DNA from: a virus
Lineage: Duplodnaviria > Caudoviricetes
Length of the DNA stretch: 47,463 nucleotides
Strand: one strand, 5' to 3'
IMG/VR virus record: IMGVR_UViG_3300043414_001346
Coordinates: 1-47,463 of that record
Shown here: piece after piece, positions 9,160 through 17,194 of the stretch
How positions within the stretch are numbered: the first letter of the stretch is position 1
Layout of the letters: every line of letters starts with the position of its first letter
The notes under the pieces: generated by a model
Told to the model about the DNA's origin: nothing
The model's input: only the letters and a program-made list of their open reading frames with translations
Database searches by the model: none
Translations under genes and position numbers: made by a program

Positions 9160-9606
9160 CTATCTATATTGATTATGTTTAAACTGGCCGTACAAAGAAC
9201 CGTTGTTTAATCCATAATCTGTGTTGGGTTCATCTCGCTCGTCACATGTTAAACGAAACATTTTACGTAAATTAACACCATGGTAATTTTCAATGAACAT
9301 ACTTAAGCTCTCGTCAAATGTATGATCCTCAAGCATTTGATCATATGCCATTAAGAAATTTTCTTTTGATAATCGATCGCTGTATTGATCGTCATCTAAC
9401 ATTTCAATGTAAGCTCTGTATAAAGACTCATCGTTAATGTCTTTCCATGAGTTGTATGGCGCAAATAAACTTGGTGCTACATAAGGTTCTTCTTCAAAAT
9501 AAAGATCATCAAATGCATTAAAATTAATATTGTTATAACGTAAGTTGTCTACAAGCATCTTGTTTGATTGGTCAAATGCTGCATATGTTGTTGTATCTTG
9601 TTTCAT
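9160..9606 (-). CDS. Hypothetical acidic protein
   Basis: D/E/Y-rich ORF; GGGAG RBS. Confidence 0.75.
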   Translation of the reverse strand: MKQDTTTYAAFDQSNKMLVDNLRYNNINFNAFDDLYFEEEPYVAPSLFAPYNSWKDINDESLYRAYIEMLDDDQYSDRLSKENFLMAYDQMLEDHTFDESLSMFIENYHGVNLRKMFRLTCDERDEPNTDYGLNNGSLYGQFKHNQYR

Positions 9607-9608
9607 AT

Positions 9609-9815
9609 CTAATTACTCCCTGATTTTAATACTTTATAAAGAAAATAAAACATAGAAGTAAAATTAAATGCAAATATTGAATAAATTACAAATTTTAATG
9701 TTTTAAAAGATATAAAATCATCAAAATAAAATAAAGTAAGTGCTAATAAATTAATTAATATAAAAGTAACCACTTTGTAAATTTCTATTGTTGGAGGTGT
9801 CCATTTTTTTCTCAT
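9609..9815 (-). CDS. Small two-TM membrane protein
   Basis: Two hydrophobic segments; start MRKKW behind AAAGGACAAACAAC. Confidence 0.7.
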   Translation of the reverse strand: MRKKWTPPTIEIYKVVTFILINLLALTLFYFDDFISFKTLKFVIYSIFAFNFTSMFYFLYKVLKSGSN

Positions 9816-9860
9816 GTTGTTTGTCCTTTCTTTTTGTTTGTACATTATATTTTACTATTT

Positions 9861-10202
9861 TTAAATCATGTCAAAAGACACGGCAAGTGCCACGTATATT
9901 AATATAGATATAAGCACAAATTGTACTGCTATTGATTCGCCATTTGAAACATTTATGAATCCCATAGCAATATTTATTGACGCTAATCCAATTAAAATCA
10001 TTATTTTTAAAAATTTTTGTTTATCCATTTTGTTTGCCCTTTTTTTTAAATGATACTTTGTCTTATTATTATCAATTACCTCAGAAAAAACAGGACCAGA
10101 TAAATTAGCCTTTTCGGTAAAAACAGGACCAGATAAATTAGCCCCGTATAAATTCTCATTTCGTAAATTAGCCCCGTAATGGCGTGTATTATATTTTTTC
10201 AT
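9861..10202 (-). CDS. Degenerate pentapeptide-repeat fragment in frame with a two-TM membrane protein (internal start 10028)
   Basis: MKKYNTR-HYGANL...GANLSG N-terminus; internal RBS/ATG (MDKQKF) then two TM helices. Confidence 0.65.
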   Translation of the reverse strand: MKKYNTRHYGANLRNENLYGANLSGPVFTEKANLSGPVFSEVIDNNKTKYHLKKRANKMDKQKFLKIMILIGLASINIAMGFINVSNGESIAVQFVLISILIYVALAVSFDMI

Positions 10203-10261
10203 TTTGTTTGTCCTTTTTTTTGTTTTGTATAAAAGATAAGTTATCTATCCCTTATGTTTTG

Positions 10262-10290
10262 AATATAGTGTTCTTTTTAAGATAGAACAA
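10262..10290 (-). promoter_or_regulatory. Sigma70-type promoter of the leftward early operon with overlapping palindromic operator
   Basis: TTGTTC-N17-TATATT on the minus strand; palindrome TGTTCT-N9-AGAACA at 10269-10289. Confidence 0.6.
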
Positions 10291-10323
10291 GTTGAAAATA
10301 CGGTAATTTTACTAATTTTTGAG

Positions 10324-10352
10324 TTGTAATGCGAAAAATCTTGTGTTAATTT
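10324..10352 (+). promoter_or_regulatory. Candidate rightward promoter
   Basis: TTGTAA-N17-TAATTT with extended -10 TG. Confidence 0.4.
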
Positions 10353-10435
10353 GTTTTTTAAAATAAGTTATTAAACTACTTCATTAAATGTTAATTAAAG
10401 TAAAAAAACGAACTTATATTTAAAAGGTAATTAAA

Positions 10436-10987
10436 ATGAATATAATTAGAAGGCCGTTAAAACAACCTAAAAATAAGTTGTCTAAATCTAAAGTATTTAC
10501 AAAAGATAACAATAAAAGCGTTGGAAGACCTAAGGGGTCACTTAATAAAACAACTTTAATGTTTCAAGAGATTTTAAAAGAAAATGCCGATGAAATTATA
10601 AAGAAAGCTATGGATATGGCTAAAGCAGGTGATCAAGCCTGTTTAAAGATGATGGTTGATCGTATAAATCCATTAATGAGAGGACAGTTGATTACTATGG
10701 ATTTACCAAAAATAGTTGACAGGCAGTCATTATCGCAAGCGTATGATGTTGTTATAAATACAATGTCAGAGGGAAGGATAACGGCTGATGAAGCATTGGC
10801 AATTCTTAATGTGTTTGATAAGAAGATTAAAATATTAGATGGCGATTTGACAGAGGAATTGCTAATGATTAAAAGACAATTGGGTATGATAATAGTAGAA
10901 GGAGAGGCAACAAATGTTGATGCTACCAATAATAACGGGATTGATACTGGTGACGATGATCGTTTATGTGATAGTGAAGGTGAATAA
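10436..10987 (+). CDS. terS: Putative terminase small subunit (DUF5681-like)
   Basis: VGRPKGSLNKTT motif; AMDMAKAGDQACLKMMVDRI; first gene of the rightward operon. Confidence 0.65.
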   Translation: MNIIRRPLKQPKNKLSKSKVFTKDNNKSVGRPKGSLNKTTLMFQEILKENADEIIKKAMDMAKAGDQACLKMMVDRINPLMRGQLITMDLPKIVDRQSLSQAYDVVINTMSEGRITADEALAILNVFDKKIKILDGDLTEELLMIKRQLGMIIVEGEATNVDATNNNGIDTGDDDRLCDSEGE

Positions 10988-11550
10988 TGAAGAATAATGA
11001 AAAATATATGTTAACTGATAAAAAATTAAAATTAGAATTAGGTATTAAAATAAGAAAACAAATTCATACGTTATTAGAAAATTATTCTAGTGATGGATAT
11101 CTTAATCTTACTAAGGAAGAAATTGAGGACATGTCTATTTTAATAGACGTACATACAAAAATAGAAAAAATAGTGAATAATCTTACCAGGGAAGTTAAAA
11201 CATTAAATGACAACATAAAAATTCCTGAGAAACATGTATTAAATAATAAAAAAGACGAAGGGATTGAGCTATTAAAAGGATCTTTTAAAATATTAAAATT
11301 ATATCTTGAAAAAAAAGATGTTCTTGAATTTAATGACCAAAATTATGATGAAATGTGCACTTTACTGCAACATTGTAAAAGAGTAAGAAACATAATAAGA
11401 GATGTTACATTGGAAATTCAAAACATTGAAAAACAAATTAAAGAAAGTGAAGGAGAACATAAAGATAAAGATGCAGATGAAGATAAAGATTTACGTATTG
11501 ATTTAATGCATTTATTTGATAGACGGAGGTGGGGATATGAAAATAGATAA
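10987..11550 (+). CDS. Hypothetical coiled-coil protein, paralog family B (copy 1)
   Basis: ELLKGSFKILKL...DVLEF...YDEMC...CKRVRNIIRDVTLEIQNIE. Confidence 0.75.
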   Translation: MKNNEKYMLTDKKLKLELGIKIRKQIHTLLENYSSDGYLNLTKEEIEDMSILIDVHTKIEKIVNNLTREVKTLNDNIKIPEKHVLNNKKDEGIELLKGSFKILKLYLEKKDVLEFNDQNYDEMCTLLQHCKRVRNIIRDVTLEIQNIEKQIKESEGEHKDKDADEDKDLRIDLMHLFDRRRWGYENR

Positions 11551-11606
11551 TGTCATATCAAAGCACAAAACAAAGATGCCGATTAAAGATGAAGGAGAAC
11601 ATAAAA

Positions 11607-11843
11607 ATGGAGAATAAAGAGTTAGAAGATAAAAAATTAGAATTAAAAGAACGTACGGAGCTATTAAAAAATATTTTTAGATTATTAAGAATAGATTTTA
11701 AGGAAGAAGATGTTTTAAAATTTACTGAAGAAAGATTTGATGAAGTGTGCAGTTCGTCGGAATATTGTCGGCGGGCAAGAAACGCAGTAAAAGATCTTAC
11801 ATTAAAAATTAAAAACATTGAGGAACATAAAGATGCAGGATAA
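11607..11843 (+). CDS. Hypothetical protein, paralog family B (copy 2)
   Basis: ELLKNIFRLLRI...DVLKF...FDEVC...CRRARNAVKDLTLKIKNIE; RBS AAGGAG before ATG 11607. Confidence 0.75.
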   Translation: MENKELEDKKLELKERTELLKNIFRLLRIDFKEEDVLKFTEERFDEVCSSSEYCRRARNAVKDLTLKIKNIEEHKDAG

Positions 11844-12071
11844 ATTATTTGAAGAAATTATAAAATTGTTTATTAAAAAAGATTTTAATGTAATAAATAT
11901 TTTATGTATAATATGTCTTTTATTAAAAAAGATTTTAATGTAATAAATATTTTATGTATAATATGTCTTTTATTAAAAAAATGTAAAAAATGCAAAGAAA
12001 TAAAAAAAGATGTGGAAATTATTATGAAAGATGTTAAAAAAATTGAAAGCCAATATAAAGATGAAAAATAA
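11833..12071 (+). pseudogene. Family-B-like gene frameshifted by a 50-bp tandem duplication
   Basis: Removing one repeat copy gives MQDKLFEEIIKLFIKKDFNVINILCIICLLLKKCKKCKEIKKDVEIIMKDVKKIESQYKDEK*; as written it stops at 11943. Confidence 0.6.
11869..11980. repeat. Perfect 50-bp tandem direct repeat (~2.2 copies)
   Basis: TTTATTAAAAAAGATTTTAATGTAATAAATATTTTATGTATAATATGTCT x2 plus partial copy. Confidence 0.95.
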
Positions 12072-12525
12072 ATTATTTGAACGATTGGTTTTAAATGAAA
12101 GACAAATTGAAGAAGCTGAGGAATTTGTAAAAGAATATGATTTCTTATCAGATGTTCATTCAGATGAATTGTTTCAATATATAGAAGACCATGAGGAATA
12201 TGATGCTTATATAAATAGATCAAATGATGGAATATTATCTTATATGTCTGTGCATGAAAACCGTTTGGAAAGACTGAATGAAAGAATAAAAGATTTTCCA
12301 AAAGATATTCAAGAATTTCTTTGTATAGTTTTATATTTAAAAACTGTTATGAAATATGTTGTTAGAGATTCAATTTATTTTTGGAACAAATACGGGGAAT
12401 CAACTAAACCTAACTTTGTTCAAAATGAAATATCAAATAGTTTATGTGTTTTGGTTGATGAACTCTTTAGATTGCCAATTGTTAAAACAGAAGCCAAAGA
12501 CCATTTAAATAGATATGGAGATTAA
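12061..12525 (+). CDS. Hypothetical protein
   Basis: ORF; likely start MKNKLFE at 12061. Confidence 0.7.
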   Translation: MKNKLFERLVLNERQIEEAEEFVKEYDFLSDVHSDELFQYIEDHEEYDAYINRSNDGILSYMSVHENRLERLNERIKDFPKDIQEFLCIVLYLKTVMKYVVRDSIYFWNKYGESTKPNFVQNEISNSLCVLVDELFRLPIVKTEAKDHLNRYGD

Positions 12526-12528
12526 ATA

Positions 12529-13101
12529 ATGAAAGAATTAAAACACATTACCCAAGATGAAATTGATGGAATGGGTTGCGATGATATAATAGACATTTCT
12601 AATGATCTAGCTAAATTAAAAAAACTAGAGGACAGTTGTTTTATACCTCCTATACCTACATACGCTCGTGTTTTGCTAGATCAAATTGCTAATTTGCATA
12701 AAAAACCAAATGATGAAGAAGCTGTACAAAATCAGCATTTAGTTAAGTTGGATATAAAATTACACAAAATAAAACATAAACAAGATTTGTTGCTGCCATT
12801 AATAAATAATACAAAAGTTGATGATTATATTAATAGTAGTAACAGTAATAATATAGAGCTTGTTTTAAAAGAAAAATTAAAGATAAAGGAAAAATTAAAT
12901 GATTATTATCATGAGTTAGTAACTGTTATAATTGCAGACATTGAGAATTTAGTTGAATACAAAATAAAAAACAAAACTTATATTAAAGAATTATTATTAA
13001 TATGTAATAAATATCAACAAAAAATTACTAGCAATGTACTTTATATTGAAAAACAAAAACTAACACCTGATTCAAAAGTATCTCTCTCAATTTTTGCATA
13101 A
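12529..13101 (+). CDS. Hypothetical protein
   Basis: ORF with GGAG RBS. Confidence 0.7.
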   Translation: MKELKHITQDEIDGMGCDDIIDISNDLAKLKKLEDSCFIPPIPTYARVLLDQIANLHKKPNDEEAVQNQHLVKLDIKLHKIKHKQDLLLPLINNTKVDDYINSSNSNNIELVLKEKLKIKEKLNDYYHELVTVIIADIENLVEYKIKNKTYIKELLLICNKYQQKITSNVLYIEKQKLTPDSKVSLSIFA

Positions 13102-13606
13102 TTTTGTTGCATTTGTTTTAATTGTATTGTCAGCTAATAATAGCTATTCAAAAGAAAATATTATTATGAAAGATATAAAAATAAGTAAAGATTTGTCTTT
13201 AATGAGTGAATGTGAGTTGTTAGCTCGTACAATTTATGGTGAAGCAGGATGTGAATATAATGACAATGGCATTGATTCACTAGTAGCCGTTGGACTTGTT
13301 GTTAGAAATAGAGTTCGTGCACAAACTTGGTATGGTAAAGATATTCAAGAAGTTTGTTTGAAGCCTTTGCAATTTTCATGTTGGAATAAAAACAACCCCA
13401 ATTTAAAAGATATAAAAAAAGTTGATAAAAGTAATAAGATATACGATATGTGTTTGCGTGTTGCCAAAGGTATTTTAAATAATGCATTTACGGATATAAC
13501 CTGTGGTGCAAATCATTATTACTCAACTATTATTTCAGAGCCTAAATGGACAAAAGATGTAAAACCAGTTTATACAATTGGAAAACATAGATTTTACAAA
13601 TTATAA
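13094..13606 (+). CDS. SleB/Hydrolase_2-family cell wall hydrolase (endolysin), possible N-terminal signal/SAR sequence
   Basis: LLARTIYGEA...VAVGLVVRNRV...QFSCWN...GANHYY...IGKHRFY. Confidence 0.92.
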   Translation: MHNFVAFVLIVLSANNSYSKENIIMKDIKISKDLSLMSECELLARTIYGEAGCEYNDNGIDSLVAVGLVVRNRVRAQTWYGKDIQEVCLKPLQFSCWNKNNPNLKDIKKVDKSNKIYDMCLRVAKGILNNAFTDITCGANHYYSTIISEPKWTKDVKPVYTIGKHRFYKL

Positions 13607-13626
13607 ATGTTAAGTTATAATAATAT

Positions 13627-13703
13627 TGCGGAGTGGAGCAGCCCGGTAGCTCGTTAGATTCATACTCTAAATGTCGTTGGTTCAAATTCAACCTCCGCAA
13701 CCA
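13627..13703 (+). tRNA. tRNA-Met (CAU) on an initiator-type scaffold with altered identity elements
   Basis: TGCGGAG/CTCCGCA acceptor, D-arm GGAGCAGCCCGGTAGCTCG as in fMet, T-loop TTCAAAT, CCA; anticodon stem TTAGA/TCTAA. Confidence 0.9.
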
Positions 13704-13721
13704 TTCATCATTTATAATCTG

Positions 13722-13750
13722 TTGACATAAACAATCATTTGTAATAAATT
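13722..13750 (+). promoter_or_regulatory. Sigma70-type promoter
   Basis: TTGACA-N17-TAAATT. Confidence 0.6.
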
Positions 13751-13796
13751 AATTTTATTAATATTTTCATCTATATTAATAACTTTCTAAAAGATT

Positions 13797-13835
13797 TACG
13801 GTGTACAATCAACGCATAGACTATTGTGCACCGTA
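13797..13835 (+). promoter_or_regulatory. 13-bp stem-loop in the 5' leader of the DUF1064 gene
   Basis: TACGGTGTACAAT/ATTGTGCACCGTA with one G-U pair valid on the + strand. Confidence 0.55.
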
Positions 13836-13845
13836 GAAAATTAAA

Positions 13846-14169
13846 ATGTTTAAAACAACAAATAAAAATCCCCAACATAAATTTAAAGCAATTCAAACAG
13901 TTTGTGATGGCATTAAATTCTCTTCCAAAAAAGAAGCCAAAAGGTATAACGAATTAAAATGTCTTCAAAGTAATAAAGATGTGATATTCTTTTTAAGGCA
14001 GGTTCCTTTTTATTTACCAGGTAATACAAAGTATGTTTGTGATTTCCAAGTTTTTTGGTCGGATGGAAATGTTACATTTGAAGATGTTAAAGGTTTTAAA
14101 ACGCCTACATATATTCTTAAAAAAAAAATGGTGGAAAATTTATATCCAATTACTTTGATTGAAATTTAG
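13846..14169 (+). CDS. DUF1064-family PD-(D/E)xK endonuclease-like protein
   Basis: DGIKFSSKKEAKRY...RQVPFYL...YVCDF...EDVKGFKTPTYILKKK. Confidence 0.88.
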   Translation: MFKTTNKNPQHKFKAIQTVCDGIKFSSKKEAKRYNELKCLQSNKDVIFFLRQVPFYLPGNTKYVCDFQVFWSDGNVTFEDVKGFKTPTYILKKKMVENLYPITLIEI

Positions 14170-14239
14170 CCAAATAAATTTACTATTTTATCTTTTACAT
14201 ATAAACTTGCATTATAGTTTTTAATGCAAGATATTTTTT

Positions 14240-14560
14240 ATGTATATAATATTTTTATTTGTAATATTTATGTTAAATGCTCATGGCAGTGAAACAAAAA
14301 TCATTGAAATGGTAGAAATAAAAAATAATTTATCTAATAATTCAGATGGCGATATAAGTGATTTAACTGATTCAAATTTATCTGACTTTTTAAGTTATGA
14401 TTTTTCAGATCTTGATTCATATTTTGATTCTTTATATCATGATAATTTTGTTGCTTATGCTGAAATGTATTGTGCCAATAAAATAACCGATGAGATGTCT
14501 AGTTTTTCAAAAGCATCTACAAAAGTTATTTTACGATATCCTTACAATAAAAAATCATAA
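14240..14560 (+). CDS. Hypothetical exported acidic protein
   Basis: Signal peptide MYIIFLFVIFMLNAHG; SD/DL-rich repeats. Confidence 0.6.
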   Translation: MYIIFLFVIFMLNAHGSETKIIEMVEIKNNLSNNSDGDISDLTDSNLSDFLSYDFSDLDSYFDSLYHDNFVAYAEMYCANKITDEMSSFSKASTKVILRYPYNKKS

Positions 14561-14565
14561 ACCAA

Positions 14566-16266
14566 ATGATTTCAATCAAAAACAATAATATAAAAAGCCT
14601 TAATACAAAGCTTGTCGATGAAATAAAAAAACATTTAACATTGTCTACAAGAATTTTATCTGATGAAGATATTGTTATTAAAAGCAAATGTGAATCATCA
14701 TTATATGAATTTGTTAAATATGCATGGCCTTATGTTGAAGGTGAAAATCTTTATATTGATAATTGGCATGTTGAGGCTTTATGTGATCATTTGGAAGCAT
14801 GCTTTAATGGTGAGATAAAATTTTTAATTATTAACATTCCACCTCGATGTATGAAATCTCTTATATGTAATATATTTTTTCCTGCATGGATTTGGTTAAA
14901 AAGACCTTCCGCAAAAACATTTTGTTTATCAGGTTCACACAAGCTTGCTGTACGTGACAGTGTTAAGTGCCGTCAACTTATGCTTTCATCTTGGTATCAA
15001 AATTTATGGGGCAATGTATTTAAATTTAGTAAAGATGTTAACACTAAAGAACGATACGCTAACAACAAAGGTGGTGAAAAACTTGTTAAATCTATTTTGG
15101 GTTCAAGCATTGGTGAAGGTGGGCATTTCCTTGTTATCGATGATGGTAACTCGCAACAAGACATTACATCTAAAACAACACGTGATCGTACCGCTGAAAT
15201 AGTTGATTCATCGTTTTGTATTAGGCAAGACAACACCGACAAAGCAGTTTTAATATGCATACAGCAGAGACTTCATTGGGAAGATTTAACGGGGCACTTC
15301 TTAGCTAAAAAGTTACCAGGCACCGTTCATTTGATGTTGCCAATGGAATTTGAACCACATAGACGATGTATAACCATACCGCTTAAAGGAAGTAAAAAAC
15401 CATGGTGTGATCCACGTACAAAAGAAGGTGAGTTGTTGTGGCCTAAACGATTTAATCCAGAACATGTTGCGCGATTAAAAATATTCTTTGGTACATCTTA
15501 TAACATTGCTTCTCAATTACAACAATTGCCAGCGCCTGAATCTGGAAACATTTTTAAACGTGAATGGTTTAATGTCTGGAACGAAAAAAGATTACCACCT
15601 ATGGATTATGTAATACAAAGTTGGGATACAGCTTTAAGTACTAAAGTTAATGCCTGTGAGTCTGCTTTAACAACGTGGGGAATATTTACTAACGAAAATA
15701 ATAAAAAGAACGTTATGTTAATTAATGTGTGGACGGGTCGTTTAGAACAACCAGAATTAAGAAAGATGATAAAGAAATGTCAACGTAACTACTTTACAAC
15801 ATCATTTGAACAACAAGACACAGGCGGACCCTCTGCTGACATTGTTTTAATTGAAGAAGCAAGTGGAGGATTAGCACTCATACAAGATTTACGATTAGCT
15901 AATTTACCTGTTATGGGATTTAATCCACGCCATCATGGTTTGCAAAATTTTTCACATATGACAAACAAAGCCGATCGTGCACGCCTTGCAAGTCTTACGG
16001 TTGAACAAAAGTTGTTATGGTTAACAAAAAATCATCGCAACCCTAATCAACTTTCATATGCAAGTTCTAAATTATTAGAGGCCGCTTTATCATGCCCAAC
16101 AGGCGGCAATCAAGATTTAATTGATTCAATGAGCCAAGCATTTATTTTTATTCGTAAACGCAATCTATTACATTTTGTTGGAGAAGAACCACCAGAACAA
16201 AAAATGACCTGGGATGCTTTTTATGAAATGGAAGAAAAATTGCGTGGTCCATGGCCTAATATTTAA
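14566..16266 (+). CDS. terL: Terminase large subunit
   Basis: Walker A-like INIPPRCMKS, Walker B FLVIDD, IQQRLH motif, nuclease SWDTA and DLIDSMSQA. Confidence 0.96.
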   Translation: MISIKNNNIKSLNTKLVDEIKKHLTLSTRILSDEDIVIKSKCESSLYEFVKYAWPYVEGENLYIDNWHVEALCDHLEACFNGEIKFLIINIPPRCMKSLICNIFFPAWIWLKRPSAKTFCLSGSHKLAVRDSVKCRQLMLSSWYQNLWGNVFKFSKDVNTKERYANNKGGEKLVKSILGSSIGEGGHFLVIDDGNSQQDITSKTTRDRTAEIVDSSFCIRQDNTDKAVLICIQQRLHWEDLTGHFLAKKLPGTVHLMLPMEFEPHRRCITIPLKGSKKPWCDPRTKEGELLWPKRFNPEHVARLKIFFGTSYNIASQLQQLPAPESGNIFKREWFNVWNEKRLPPMDYVIQSWDTALSTKVNACESALTTWGIFTNENNKKNVMLINVWTGRLEQPELRKMIKKCQRNYFTTSFEQQDTGGPSADIVLIEEASGGLALIQDLRLANLPVMGFNPRHHGLQNFSHMTNKADRARLASLTVEQKLLWLTKNHRNPNQLSYASSKLLEAALSCPTGGNQDLIDSMSQAFIFIRKRNLLHFVGEEPPEQKMTWDAFYEMEEKLRGPWPNI

Positions 16267-16277
16267 TTTTTTTATCC

Positions 16278-16370
16278 ATGGGTAGAACCCATAAATATAA
16301 GTAAACTGCGGCTTTTAAGGATGGGTTGCACCCATTTCAACTTAAATATGTGCTTATGGGTGAAACCCAT
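16278..16370. repeat. Three palindromes ATGGGT-N3-ACCCAT
   Basis: Copies at 16278-16292, 16321-16335 and 16356-16370. Confidence 0.9.
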
Positions 16371-16410
16371 TTAATAATATTCAAATTTGTGTTAAAAATG
16401 TTTATGTTGT

Positions 16411-16764
16411 TTGATGCGTATTAAAAAAAATAATATTATGGAAAAAAAATTAGAAAATTTATTATGGAAAAATATAAGAGAATCTGATGCAAAAAAAGAA
16501 GCACCCAGATTTTTTATTGATTATATGGTTAAAAATAATTTTATTAAATCTCCAAAACAAGCATGGCGCACATTAGAAAAATGGTTAGATAAAAATTTAT
16601 ATGATTATGGAACTGCATTAGATTTAGGTTGGCGCAAAGTTGGTTGGGAATTGTATTGCCCAACAGAATTTTTGTATGATGGTTATGAATGTGAGTATAT
16701 GGATTTAAATATCAATATACCCACTAAAGATGTGCAAGAATTAACTAATTTTAATAATAATTAA
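16411..16764 (+). CDS. Hypothetical protein
   Basis: ORF with conserved-looking KQAWRTLEKWLDKNLYDYGTALDLGW; start may be 16438. Confidence 0.7.
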   Translation: MMRIKKNNIMEKKLENLLWKNIRESDAKKEAPRFFIDYMVKNNFIKSPKQAWRTLEKWLDKNLYDYGTALDLGWRKVGWELYCPTEFLYDGYECEYMDLNINIPTKDVQELTNFNNN

Positions 16765-16772
16765 TTTTGTAA

Positions 16773-17066
16773 TTATTGCGTATCATAAAATGGTGCGGGT
16801 GTATTTATTAATTCACCATTATACATAAATTGTATATAACGAATACCATTAAAATATACATAAACAGGTGATATTGTTACAGGGATTTGATCGTCAACAT
16901 CTTCATCATCAGTTACACTTTCTAAATCTCTTACATCCTCTGGATTTAATGAATCTCTAAAATCTTGAAAATTATCTTCATCGTTTAAATTGTTTTTTTG
17001 TTCTTCCGATGCACTTAATAATGCTGTTAAAGCTAATGTTAAGGCTGTTGTTTTTAATATGTTCAT
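16773..17066 (-). CDS. Hypothetical exported acidic protein
   Basis: Signal peptide MNILKTTALTLALTALLSAS behind AAGGAAAG; D/E-rich mature region. Confidence 0.7.
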   Translation of the reverse strand: MNILKTTALTLALTALLSASEEQKNNLNDEDNFQDFRDSLNPEDVRDLESVTDDEDVDDQIPVTISPVYVYFNGIRYIQFMYNGELINTPAPFYDTQ

Positions 17067-17136
17067 GTAACTTTCCTTTAAGGTTTTTTGCTCAATGCAC
17101 TGAGTAATTTTGCTCAATGTTTTTTGTAATGTTTAA

Positions 17137-17164
17137 CTTTAGGTGCTTTAGGTGCTTTAGGTGC
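17137..17164. repeat. 9-bp tandem repeat (CTTTAGGTG)x3
   Basis: Seen directly; followed by the inverted repeat GTGCA-N4-TGCAC. Confidence 0.85.
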
Positions 17165-17194
17165 ACATATGCACAAAAGTTATTTAATAATTAG

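Noticed and set aside
11885-12301. 138-aa minus-strand ORF
   Set aside because: Antisense shadow of + strand genes and the 50-bp repeat; no recognisable features
16278-16370. Mini CRISPR array
   Set aside because: Repeats are only 15 bp with variable centres, spacers are 28 and 20 bp, and there are no cas genes; better explained as binding sites
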